Below, piece by piece: positions 45,222 through 57,296 of a DNA stretch of 64,000 nt. Where the stretch lies: NCBI GenBank assembly GCA_002269645.1, contig NIVC01001513.1:11091-75090 (forward strand). Reading direction: 5' to 3'. A model generated the notes under the pieces. It did no database searches. It was not told the DNA's origin and saw nothing but the letters and a program-made list of their open reading frames with translations. Numbering within the stretch: the stretch's first letter is position 1; each line of letters opens with the position of its first letter. This DNA is from Macrostomum lignano (Eukaryota). Position numbers and translations under genes: made by a program.

Positions 45222-46506
45222 ATGTCCTTATCGAGCATTGCCGTCATCGTGGCCATCTGGAGCTCTCGAGCTGCCGGTGAGACCTTCGTCTTCGACAAGA
45301 GGCCGGACCTGTGCTTCGCGGAGGCGGCCCCGGCTGCTGGCGACCAGCGCAAAGTGCTCGGAGTTGTTGACTCTCGAGTGTGCGCGGTTGAGTGCGCGGT
45401 CAACACCAGCGTGTGCTCCGTGTACCAATACCTGCCTGGCAACAAATCCTGCGTCCTTGGCAACAGCTGCGACCTGCTGCTGAAGTGGCAGAGCACTGGC
45501 GGGCCAGCGTGCGACACGCAGACGCTTCGAGATCGGGCAGCGTGCGGGACCACAGCATCATCTACTGTCTCGACTACAGCTACAACCCAAACAACAACCA
45601 CTGCACAAACCGCATTTCATGGTAAATTGAGCATGAGATCTTCCGATCTAAATGCCGGGTCATGGGTGCCATTAGCGAACACTGTATCAGATTATAGCAA
45701 TACAACACATGGAACTTCTTCCAGCTCCTCCGTCGGACTCGAGCAACCAAACTGGATCGGTGCAGACTTTCACTCCGCCGACCGACGGCTGCTATCGAAT
45801 CTCGGCTTGGGGCGCCAGAGGCGGCAAGTCATCCGCTAACGCGAACGGCGGCAGAGGCGCATTCAAGAGCGCCAATTTCATGCTGACCACGTCGCAAACT
45901 CTCACGCTTGTTGTTGGCAAGCCGGGAAACAGCGGCAGCAGCGGCGGAGGAGGCGGAGGAGGCGGCAGCTTTGTGTACACAACCGGCGACAACACGCTGC
46001 TGCTGGCGGCCGGTGGCGGAGGAGGCGGCGGCGCCGAGTCGTCCTCGTCGGTCGGCAGAAACGGAACAAGCAGCACCGGAGGCTCTTGCGGCACATCAGA
46101 CGAACAAGGCGGTGACGGAGACAGCAACGATAACTCTGGCGCGGGCGGAGCTGGCTGGAGCTCAGACGGAGCAGCTCGAGCCACTGGCAATGGCGGAGGC
46201 CACGGTGGAAGAGGCATCGGCGGCAGCTGGGCCGGCGGCAACGCGGGAACGGGCAGCAACGGCTTCGGCGGCTACGGCGGAGGCGGCGGAGGCGGCAACA
46301 ACGATGGTGACAAGGGAGGCGGCGGTGGAGGCGGCGGCTTCTCTGGCGGTTGTGGAGGATCCGGCGACAGCGATGACGGCTACGGAGGCAGCGGCGGCAG
46401 CTACGCGAGCTCATCCGGCAAGCAGGCCGCGGGAACGACAGGCGGCAACGGTGAAGTCTTCGGCAAGGTGAGCATCGCTCAGGTGGACGGCTCTCTGTGC
46501 CATTAA
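45222..46506 (+). CDS. Secreted PAN/apple + Thr stalk + ALK/LTK-type glycine-rich domain protein, copy 1 (exons 45222-45621, 45725-46506; 393 aa)
   Basis: The two overlapping ORFs in the track are joined by a 103-nt phase-1 GT-AG intron (45622-45724). Hydrophobic signal peptide, CAVEC...CSVYQY...C PAN pattern, then QTFTPPTDGCYRISAWGARGG...LVVGKPG...GGGGSFV...LLAAGGGGG. Confidence 0.88.
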
Positions 46507-47189
46507 CATGAGCACTCAGTCATTAGTTTGCTACTGTTTATAAATACAGGAAAATAAGGGGCTTGTGAATTGGATCAACTATTTGAAGGAGCGTCATTTG
46601 AATTAACGTTGGGTTGGAAGATGTTGAGTGACAAACCAGCAACTTTGCAATCGTACAATTAAGACTTCTTACTTTCTGAATATATTTTTGATTAAATATT
46701 TTTTCTTCACAAAGCCAATTCATTACGCGTATCGATTGACTTTCTCTTTTGTACTGCTCAGTTCTGAATTATGATTTATGCAGCCATGACCATATTAGCC
46801 GTAATCCACTGACCCATGGTAACAAGCTTGAGTGCTTTGTCACAAAAATAAAAAATTTGTTCTGGTACAATTTGATTTTTTCCGAATGTCTTCATAAAAA
46901 AGTTTCACTACTTACAGTAGGGTGACGTGTATTAGCAACTGCAAACTGGTTTTGTTGAACTTAAATAAATGGGCGAGTCATTCTGATGCAGTGGTTTCTC
47001 TTTAAATTCTCTAGCAAAAGGCAGCGTTCACCTATTCGAGTATATTTTATAAAGCAGTCTTTCTCTAATAAACTGAAATACGTTAATGCGAGCTATTTAC
47101 TCTCTATAGCAACGTTATGGCTCTGTGACTTCTTCACGCTTAAGTCAGGCTTTGGAAGGATCTAAAAGCTGTGCGATCAGTGCTAGGCA

Positions 47190-48165
47190 CATTGGAAGGG
47201 TACAGTGGAAGGTTACAGTTGGTTCGCAGAGTTGAAGGGCACAGTGGAAGGGTACAGTGGAATGTCACAGTGGAAGGGCACAGTGTGGAAGGCTACAGTG
47301 GAAGGGCACAGTGGAAGGGCACAGTGGAAGGGCACAGTGGAAGGGCACAGTGGAAGGGCACAGTGTGGAAGGGTACAGTGGAAGGGCACAGTGGAAGGGT
47401 ACAGTGGAAGGGTACAGTGGAAGGGCACAGTGTGGAAGGGTACAGTGGAAGGGCACAGTGTGGAAGGGTACAGTGGAAGGGCACAGTGGAAGGGTACAGT
47501 GGAAGGGTACAGTGGAAGGGTACAGTGGAAGGGTACAGTGGAAGGGTACAGTAGAAGGGTACAGTAGAAGGGTACAGTGGGTTCGCAGAGTTGAAGGGTA
47601 CAGTGGAAGGGTACAGTGGAAGGGTACAGTGGAAGGGTACAGTGGAAGGGTACAGTGGAAGGGTACAGTGGAAGGGTACAGTGGAAGGGTACAGTGGAAG
47701 GGTACAGTGGAAGGGTACAGTAGAAGGGTACAGTGGGTTCGCAGAGTTGAACGACACAGTGGAAGGGTACAGTGGAAGGGTACAGTGGAAGGGCACAGTG
47801 TGGAAGGGTACAGTGGAAAGGCACAGTGGAAGGGTACAGTGGAAGGGTACAGTGGAAGGGTACAGTAGAAGGGTACAGTGGGTTCGCAGAGTTGAACGAC
47901 ACAGTGGAAGGGTACAGTTGAAGGGCACAGTGGGTTCGCAGAGTTGAACGACACAGTGGAAGGGTACAGTGGAAGGGTACAGTGGAAGGGCACAGTGTGG
48001 AAGGGTACAGTGGAAGGGCACAGTGGAAGGGTACAGTGGAAGGGTATAGTGGAAGGGTACAGTAGAAGGGTACAGTGGGTTCGCAGAGTTGAACGACACA
48101 GTGGAAGGGTACAGTTGAAGGGCACAGTGGGTTCGCAGAGTTGAAGGGCAGAGTTGAAGGGCACA
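47190..48165. repeat. 13-bp minisatellite CAGTGGAAGGGTA with variant blocks
   Basis: Direct observation; lies in the spacer of the inverted duplication. Confidence 0.95.
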
Positions 48166-49328
48166 TTGAGTAATTCATCTCCACTTGAGAGCCGCGCGTG
48201 TCTCCGCTGCAAATATCCCGGCAATTTCATGAACCTGCTGTACGAATCACTGAACGACTTGCTTCCAGGCTTACCTGACGCCTTCTTCTTCTTGGCCGAG
48301 CTGCTCCATTGCGGCTAGCAGAGATTGTAGCCGACTTGGCTCTCCCTCGTCCCGCAGACTTTGTTGGATCGCCTGCTGTCTTGGCTGGCTCCTTGCTCAT
48401 TGCGTCCGGTTAGAGTCGCTGCAACGCCACTGTTATGGCTGAGACGGATCACTGGCTTATTGGTTCATGGCTGATAAACGCCAAAATGTGTTATCAAGCT
48501 CAACTTTAATTTTTTCTACGAGTGCTAGCATTTCATATGCGCATCGCATCTTTCAGCTACAAGCCGATGAAAATAAATGGTAGCAGTCCGTGCTGGCGAT
48601 TCAAGTCTGTGATCGAGCCAGAGCAAACATTATGTGGGAAAAAGCGCCCATCAGCTGGGATGTTCTACAAGTGTTTTAGTTAAGGTTTCTAAGCGAAACT
48701 CCCATGCCAGCAGTATCATAGTTTGAGGGATTGGGGGCCAGTGGCAGCTGATTGACTACAGAACTCGAATGATCTTTCCTTTAGAAAAAACCTTAAAGAA
48801 TAATCACTGCATCAGACTGACTCGCCCGTTTATTCCAGTTCAACAAAACCAGTTCAGAAATACGTGTCACCCTACTGTAAGTAGCAAAACTCGGATAGCT
48901 TTTTACATGAAAACGTTCAGAGAAAGGATCAAGTCTTTCAAGAAAAAAAGTTTAATTTTTCAGACAAAGCACTCAAGCTTGTTAACATGGGTCAGTGGAT
49001 TACGGCAAATATGGTCATGCCTGCATAAATCATAATTCACAACTGAACAGCACAAAACCAGCAGAGAAAGTCAAACAAAGCTTGGCTCGCTTTGTGAATA
49101 AACGAATTTTATATTCAATATTTAATTAGAAAGATCACCCTAGGTTGCAAGCAAAATATAATATAAATATTTAATCATAAATATTCAATCATATCATTTT
49201 GGATTAAATCATAAATATAATCAAAAATTGATAAAAAATGACGTTCCTTCAAATAGTTGATCCAATTCACAAGCCCCTTATTTTCCTGTATTTATAAACA
49301 GTAGCAAACTAATGACTGAGTGCTCATG

Positions 49329-50273
49329 TTAATGGCACAGAGAGCCGTCCACCTGAGCGATGCTCACCTTGCCGAAGACTTCACCGTTGCCGCCTGTCGT
49401 TCCCGCGGCCTGCTTGCCGGATGAGCTCGCGTAGCTGCCGCCGCTGCCTCCGTAGCCGTCATCGCTGTCGCCGGATCCTCCACAACCGCCAGAGAAGCCG
49501 CCGCCTCCACCGCCGCCTCCCTTGTCACCATCGTTGTTGCCGCCTCCTCCGCCTCCGCCAAAGCCGCCGAAGCCGTTGCTGCCCGTTCCCGCGTTGCCGC
49601 CGGCCCAGCTGCCGCCGATGCCTCTTCCACCGTGGCCTCCGCCATTGCCAGTGGCTCGAGCTGCTCCGTCTGAGCTCCAGCCAGCTCCGCCCGCGCCAGA
49701 GTTATCGTTGCTGTCTCCGTCACCGCCTTGTCCGTCGGATGTGCCGCAAGAGCCTCCGGTGCTGCTTGTTCCGTCCTTACCGACCGACGAGGAAGACTCG
49801 GCGCCGCCGCCTCCTCCGCCACCGGCCGCCAGCAGCAGCGTGTTGGGGCCGGTTGTGTACACAAAGCTGCCGCCTCCTCCGCCTCCGCCTCCTCCGCCGC
49901 TGCTGCCGCTGTTTCCCGGCTTGCCAACAACAAGCGTGAGAGTTTGCGACGTGGTCAGCATGAAATTGGCGCTCTTGAATGCGCCTCTGCCGCCGTTCGC
50001 GTTAGCGGATGACTTGCCGCATCTGGCGCCCCAAGCCGAGATTCGATAGCAGCCGTCGGTCGGCGGAGTGAAAGTCTGCACCGATCCAGTTTGGTTGCTC
50101 GAGTCCGACGGAGGAGCTGGAGGGAGTTCCGTATGTTGTATTGCTATAGTCTGATACAGTGCTCGCTAATGGCACCCATGACCCGGCATTTAGATCGGAA
50201 GATCTCATGCTCAATTTACCATGAAATGCGGTTTGTGCAGTGGTTGCTGTTTGGGTTGTAGTTGTAGCTGTCG
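49329..50273 (-). pseudogene. Copy 2 of the same gene, inverted; intact exon 2 (49329-50116), intron 50117-50219, only about 54 nt of exon 1
   Basis: Reverse complement of copy 1 exon 2, intron and 3' flank. Homology stops near 50273, so the signal peptide and PAN domain are absent. GARGG is changed to GARCG. Confidence 0.8.
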
Positions 50274-50514
50274 ACTGAATCCTTCGGGAACTTATGTCAA
50301 TAAAACTCTCTTATTTGAAGTAAATTCTTATAGAATGAACCACGTTAATGCGCAGACTCTCTATAGCTTTCAGCGATCACAAAAGTTGTAGCTGTGTGAC
50401 TTCATCATGCAATGGGTCGGTATGTGACAGTGTCAGGCTTTTGGGCTCCTCGCAACTGCCGGAATGCAGATTCCAGAAGTTCGCCATCTGCACATGGGAA
50501 TGCACGGTTGAGAA

Positions 50515-51595
50515 GGATCTCGAGCATGCAGTCTCCCATCTGTCAGATCTCGAGCATGCAGTCTCCTATCTGTCGGATCTCGAGCATGCAGTCTCCCATC
50601 TGTCGGATCTCGAGCATGTGAGCATGCAGTCTCCTATCTGTCGGATCTCGAGCATGCAGTCTCCCATCTGTCGGATCTCGAGCATGCAGTCTCCCATCTG
50701 TCAGATCTCGAGCATGTGAGCATGCAGTCTCCTATCTGTCGGATCTCGAGCATGCAGTCTCCCATCTGTCAGATCTCGAGCATGCAGTCTCCTATCTGTC
50801 GGATCTCGAGCATGCAGTCTCCTATCTGTCGGATCTCGAGCATGTGAGCATGCAGTCTCCCATCTGTCGGATCTCGAGCATGCAGTCTCCTATCTGTCGG
50901 ATCTCGAGCATGTGAGCATGCAGTCTCCTATCTGTCGGATCTCGAGCATGCAGTCTCCTATCTGTCGGATCTCGAGCATGTGAGCATGCAGTCTCCTATC
51001 TGTCGGATCTCGAGCATGCAGTCTCCCATCTGTCGGATCTCGAGCATGCAGTCTCCCATCTGTCAGATCTCGAGCATGTGAGCATGCAGTCTCCTATCTG
51101 TCGGATCTCGAGCATGCAGTCTCCCATCTGTCAGATCTCGAGCATGCAGTCTCCTATCTGTCGGATCTCGAGCATGTGAGCATGCAGTCTCCTATCTGTC
51201 GGATCTCGAGCATGTGAGCATGCAGTCTCCCATCTGTCGGATCTCGAGCATGTGAGCATGCAGTCTCCTATCTGTCGGATCTCGAGCATGCAGTCTCCTA
51301 TCTGTCGGATCTCGAGCATGTGAGCATGCAGTCTCCTATCTGTCGGATCTCGAGCATGTGAGCATGCAGTCTCCCATCTGTCGGATCTCGAGCATGCAGT
51401 CTCCCATCTGTCGGATCTCGAACATGTGAGCATGCAGTCTCCCATCTGTCGGATCTCGAACATGTGAGCATGTAGTCTCCCATCTGTCGGATCTCGAACA
51501 TGTGAGCATGCAGTCTCCCATCTGTCGGATCTCGAACATGTGAGCATGCAGTCTCCCATCTGTCGGATCTCGAGCATGCAGTCTTCCATCTGTCG
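50515..51595. repeat. 30/38-bp minisatellite GGATCTCGAGCATG(TGAGCATG)CAGTCTCCYATCTGTC
   Basis: Direct observation. Confidence 0.95.
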
Positions 51596-52875
51596 GTCTG
51601 AGAGCCCAAGCGCAACATATGCGGCACGAGACCGAAGAGGTAGCAACATCAAGGCCGCCTGTCTGCCACCGTCAGCACCGTATATGCACTATAGAGCAGT
51701 TTCTGCGTTAGAGTCAAAGAAAGCGCTACCCTGTTAAATAGTTAAAGACATGTAAAGTCATGTTGAAGACATCTACATGTAAATGCAGCTCAGTTCAAAG
51801 CTACTTCGGCGCTGCCATCACAGGAGCCCAATATTTGCGTAATCACACGACTCGTTCACAAGCTGCTGTATCTTTGTACATCCTATGTGTGATTTCATGG
51901 CAGCGTGAACGAGCTATTGAGTCACATCACTGACGTAACAAGCAACAACAAAAGTGAAGAATATTACAGAGGCGAGGGAGATATTTTTAAGTGGTGTCCA
52001 ATCGAAATTCTCTGTGCCAGTATCATCAGTGCTATTGGCAGCTCATTGACTACCAAAATGGTCTCTGACAAGGTCAATTCACTAATAATTTTGTTTTTCT
52101 GGCTTTTAGAGGGCTTTTATATAACTTCCCGACGGATTCAGTCGATTCTTTGCCTGAAATCTCTCTTGCCTTAAATGCTTTGTCGCCCGTAGTGCCTTCA
52201 GTATGGTTCTGTCAGCAAGCCTAAAACTAGAAAGAAAATATGCACCACCCCCCAACACTGATGGCGCGCCAGGCATACCATGGGTCTCATTTAACATCAG
52301 CTTAAAATGGAAGAGCTGAAATATCGACCGCTAATGGATAGCCTTCCCTCAAAAGAGAAGTTCTTTGGGTAACGACGCTAAGTGCCTTCACGAATAGAGA
52401 TTACTATAGAAAGTTTGCCAAGTCGTTTGTTGCAGAGCACCCATCCATTCTTAAGACTCGTCTCTCAGTAGACCGTGATAAGCCCCCCATTGGTAGAAAT
52501 TTTTGTGGCACAGACTTTAACAAAAACTGAGTCTTTTTGCGTTTTCTAACATTTACAGCTTTTATCTCCCCATCAGGAGTTATCCCCTCCCATTATCGCC
52601 TCCCATTTCAAGCTACGCTCGTACGCTACTGTGGCCTCTCGTTTCCCACTCTCGCTCCCCTCCTCTCTCACTCTCTCACATTTTCTCTCTGTCAGTTTGT
52701 TTCTCAAAGTTTCCATGGAAACATTAGGCAGGCCCCAAGACAATAGACTTTCCTACTAAAGCAGAGTTTGACTGCATCGGGTCTGCGCTACTTCCCCAGT
52801 TTTTGAGATTCTCAAGCTCACAGCCTCTCACTCAGTGCTGCCTTCTCATTCCTACTTACTGGACGGCCTTCCAAA

Positions 52876-54454
52876 ATGTCCTTATCGAGCATTGCCGTCA
52901 TCGTGGCCATCTGGAGCTCTCGAGCTGCCGGTGAGACCTTCGTCTTCGACAAGAGGCCGGACCTGTGCTTCGCGGAGGCGGCCCCGGCTGCTGGCGACCA
53001 GCGCAAAGTGCTCGGAGTTGTTGACTCTCGAGTGTGCGCGGTTGAGTGCGCGGTCAACACCAGTTTGTGCTCCGTCTACCAATACCTGCCTGGCAACAAA
53101 TCCTGCGTCCTTGGCAACAGCTGCGACCTGCTGCTGAAGTGGCAGAGCACCGGCGGGCCGGCGTGCGACACGCAGACGCTTCGAGATCGGGCAGCGTGCG
53201 CGTCCACGAGCGACACTGCAGCCACAACTGCAGCCTCGACTGGAGCAGTTGCTACTACAACTACAACTACAACACCAACTACAACTACAACTACAACATC
53301 AACTACAACTACAACACCAACTACAACTACAACACCAACTACAACTACAACACCAACTACAACTACAACACCAACTACAACTACAACATCAACTACAACT
53401 ACAACACCAACTACAACTACAACACCAACTACAACTACTACTACAACTACAACACCAACTACAACTACAACACCAACTACAACTACAACACCAACTACAA
53501 CTACAACTACGACTACAACTACAACCCAAACAACAACCACTGCACAAACCGCATTTCATGGTAAGTTGAGCATGAGATCTTCCGATCTAAATGCCGGGTC
53601 ATGGGTGCCATTAGCGAGCACTGTATCAGACTATAGCAATACAACATACGGAACTCCCTCCAGCTCCTCCGTCGGACTCGAGCAACCAAACTGGATCGGT
53701 GCAGACTTTCACTCCGCCGACCGACGGCTGCTATCGAATCTCGGCTTGGGGCGCCAGAGGCGGCAAGTCATCCGCTAACGCGAACGGCGGCAGAGGCGCA
53801 TTCAAGAGCGCCAATTTCATGCTGACCACGTCGCAAGCTCTCACGCTTGTTGTTGGCAAGCCGGGAAACAGCGGCAGCAGCGGCGGAGGAGGCGGAGGAG
53901 GCGGAGGAGGCGGCAGCTTTGTGTACACAACCGGCCCCAACACGCTGCTGCTGGCGGCCGGTGGCGGAGGAGGCGGCGGCGCCGAGTCTTCCTCGTCGGT
54001 CGGTAAGGACGGAACAAGCAGCACCGGAGGCTCTTGCGACACATCCGACGGACAAGGCGGTGACGGAGACAGCAACGATAACTCTGGCGCGGGCGGAGCT
54101 GGCTGGAGCTCAGACGGAGCAGCTCGAGCCACTGGCAATGGCGGAGGCCACGGTGGAAGAGGCATCGGCGGCAGCTGGGCCGGCGGCAACGCGGGAACCG
54201 GCAGCAACGGCTTCGGCGGCTTTGGCGGAGGCGGAGGAGGCGGCAACAACGATGGTGACAATGGAGGCGGCGGCGGAGGAGGCGGCTTCTCTGGCGGTTG
54301 TGGAGGATCCGGCGACAGCGATGACGGCTACGGAGGCAGCGGCGGCAGCTACGCGAGCTCATCCGGCAAGCAGGCCGCGGGAACGACAGGCGGCAACGGT
54401 GAAGTCTTCGGCAAGGTGAGCATCGCTCAGGTGGACGGCTCTCTGTGCAGTTAA
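52876..54454 (+). CDS. Copy 3 (exons 52876-53560, 53664-54454; 491 aa, longest Thr stalk)
   Basis: Same structure as copy 1; GTAAGT donor at 53561, CCTCCAG acceptor ending 53663, intron 103 nt. Confidence 0.88.
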
Positions 54455-54639
54455 CATGAGCGCGCACTGATACTCGTCATTTTTTATTGTTACAAACACT
54501 GGAAAACAATCAGCTTGCATACTTGCGCGACGGCTCTGCGCAAGAGGTGCACGGTGATGGGCGGCACTTCTCGAAAAAGTTCCCCTGCCCTATCCCGCGA
54601 CCAAAGCGTGGTTAGTTACATCAGCCTAATTAAATATCT

Positions 54640-54885
54640 TACTACACTACACCTGTCCACGGCTGTTCAGTGCAAGGACTGGGGGGTCGCCACACACAGC
54701 CTCAATTACCCCAGCTAATGCTGGCACCCATTTTACAGCTGGGTGAACTGAAGCAATGCAGAGTTAAGTGTCTTGCTCAAAGACACGAATTGTTCCGAGT
54801 GGGTCAGGAATCGAACCCCCGACCTTTTAGTTGTGAGTCCAACGCTCCAACCTATAACCTAAGGCTACAACCCAACCTACCTGTC
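54640..54885 (-). mobile_element. tRNA-derived SINE with CORE-like domain (ends approximate)
   Basis: On the minus strand a tRNA-like head with B-box GGTTCGATTCC (54807-54817) is followed by TTGAGCAAGACACTTAAC...CAGCTGTAAAATGGG, resembling the MIR/CORE consensus. Confidence 0.65.
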
Positions 54886-54982
54886 CTTTATTACGTACAG
54901 CACATTAGCGCTTATCCATTGAGAATTCCAAAGTAGTCATGGTCCAAAAATTGAGTATTGCGTATTAAATAAAATTCTGACA

Positions 54983-57296
54983 ACAACAAACAACAAAATA
55001 CGCTGTCAGGATGGCAAAAGTCAGCATCACAGGGCGCGCTTCATGGCTTGGGCGCGAACAAAGGCCGCACCACAGGCAGTGTCCGGGGCGCCGGCGTCAG
55101 CCAGCAGACAGTCGACATAACGCCGAGTTCGCGCTTGTCCTCGCCGGTAGGGTGCCTGCAGCGTGAGCAGCAGCACCTCCTGCACCGGCTGTGGGCAGTA
55201 CGACTCGGCGCGGATGAGATGGCCTGCGAGCTGGAGTCGCCGACGGCGCAGTAGATCGCTTGGACGTGGCAGGCCAGCGCGGCGATAGAGTGCCGCGTTG
55301 GTGACTCGCTCGACGCCGATGTTGAAGGCGACGCGCAGCAGGCCAGCGTGCGCCGCATCAACTTGCTGTTCGAGTGAGTCCGTCAGCGTCCAGGTCTCGG
55401 CGTTGTACAGCAGGACGGTCTCGATTACCGCCTGGAACAGCGCCGCCCTCTGGCGGTCTGGTAGGGCCTCGGACTGCAGGACTGCCCTCACAGAACGAAA
55501 GGCAGCCCAGGCAAGCCCGCGGCGGCGTCGCAGGTCCTCGCGAGCGTCTGGAACCAGACCGCCGAGGTAGACGAACTGCTGACATCGCGGGAGTTCGGTC
55601 GCCTGCCCGTCAGTGCCTCGGCAGAATATTACAGTCTCGATGTCGTCCGGCACGCAGAGCACAACGGTCTTCTGCGTGTTGACCACCAGGCCGACGCTCG
55701 CCGCAACGGCAACTAGCGTGTCCAGCTGCCGTTGGGTGCCCTCGACGGTCGAGGACCGCAAGGCGAGGTCGTCGGCGTAGCCAAGCACGCTGAGCCGTTT
55801 CTCCGGTTGACGTCGACCCACGCGTCGCCGCAGCAGAAAACCGTCGTCGTCGGTAGGAAGAGCAATCCGCAGCACCCAGTCAAGCACCAGGACGAACAGG
55901 AACGGCGCCAGCGTATCTCCCTGAAGCACTCCGGAGGATGTCTCAAAGGAGTCCGATAGGCCATCCGGTGTTGTCATAGCAGCTGTCGTATCACGGTACA
56001 TTGCCATGATGGCGAAGATCAGCTGCTTAGGCACGTTGTACGCGCGGAGCACCATTGGAAGCACGGCTCTGACAACCGAGTCGAATGCCTTCTTGAAATC
56101 AATAAAGATTAGAATCAGGATCGACTGGCGAATCCGCGCCTCCTCGATGACTCGGCGAAGAGCCAGGATCTGCGCCACTGTGCCGCGATGGGCCGGAACC
56201 CGTTCTGCTCTGGGCGCAGGTACGGATCCAGCACGGGCTGCAACCGCGAAAGCAGCATCCGGTTGAACAGCTTCGCTGCACAGGACTGAAGGCAGATGCC
56301 TCGATGGTCTTCAAGCCTAGTGGTGCCCGGCTTCTTTGGAACAGCGACGATGTGCGCCGATGTGTGCCGTGGTCCATTCGTTGGGCGCCGCCTCACCGAA
56401 GAGCACGCGGTTCATCACTCTGGCGACCTCAGCGGCCACACAGGGGATGCGCAGCGCCTCGATGGGCACCTCGTCCGGACCCAGCGCTTTCCCGCCCGGT
56501 GACTGCTGGGCGAGCTTGACAACGTCGGCTGCGTTGACTGGGGCTACGCTGAAACTCTTCTCTGCCGGCAACGGCGTCTCCGGCGGCAGCGTCAGACTGT
56601 CTGGCAGCGGGGTGGCGGCGCGTTAACGATGGCGGCGAAGAACTCGCGCAGCTCGTTCCTGCGCTCGTCCGGAGTGTCACCAGCCAGGTTCAGCGGATTC
56701 GCCGCTTTCGCCCTGTCAGAGCGTTGATGGCGGACCAGGCCACGCGCCTCTGGCATCGGGCCCAGCGGCAGAGACAGCCAGAATGGCGTCATCGACAGCC
56801 GCTTGTTGGCGCTGCAGGTAGACAGCCGCCAGAGCTGCCTCTGCCTCGCGGGTTGGTCGCCTGCTCAAGCGGAGCCTCTCCAGATCTTTCCTCGCTGCCT
56901 GAATCGCAGGGTCGTCCTGCCAGACCGGCTGCCCACGTTGAGCCGGTTGCATCATCGGGACTACTTGCTCCGCGGTGGTTCTGACTGCAGCGCACACTTC
57001 CGCATACTCGGCACTTCCACGCTTGTCGCCCAGCGCGGTGTTAAAGGCGCTAGCAAAGCGACGCTGCGTATCGGTGGCTCTGAGCGCGCGGTAGTAGCAC
57101 CGCGGTGGCCGCTTCGGCGGACGGTAGAGCGGATCGCAAAGGTTGAGGTCGCAGATGAGGAGCCGGTGATCGGACCGCAGAGCCAGCGGCGTGATGGTGC
57201 GGCAGTTGACGGCGCGACGACGCTCACGGAAACGCACGAGCACGTGGTCGAGCTGTGCTTGTCTCCGGGTTGCGTACCTGCCACGCGCAGGAACGC
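54983..57296 (-). mobile_element. 5'-truncated, frameshifted RTE-type non-LTR retrotransposon (end of APE endonuclease plus reverse transcriptase)
   Basis: LDHVLV...SDHRLL (APE end); FIDFKKAFDSV, GVLQGDTLAPFLF, GYADDLAL, YLG (RT); VLLYNAETWTLT. (TTG)n-like 3' tail; direct repeat AATTCTGACA at 54973-54982 and 57297-57306. Confidence 0.9.

Noticed and set aside
45709-45839. Programmed frameshift or overlapping-gene reading of the paired ORFs in each cluster copy
   Set aside because: A canonical 103-nt phase-1 GT-AG intron joins the frames exactly in all four copies.
45792-46471. Antisense and alternate-frame ORFs (Pro-, Ala- and Arg-rich) over the Gly-rich exon, repeated in each copy
   Set aside because: Expected shadows of GGC-rich coding sequence.
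50515-51595. Overlapping palindromes (RGATCY, CTCGAG, GCATGC) in the monomer, suggesting vector or linker contamination
   Set aside because: The units are naturally diverged and continuous with genomic flanks; not a polylinker.
54790-54870. Functional tRNA gene
   Set aside because: The B-box is present but I could not fold a convincing cloverleaf, and the head continues into a SINE core.
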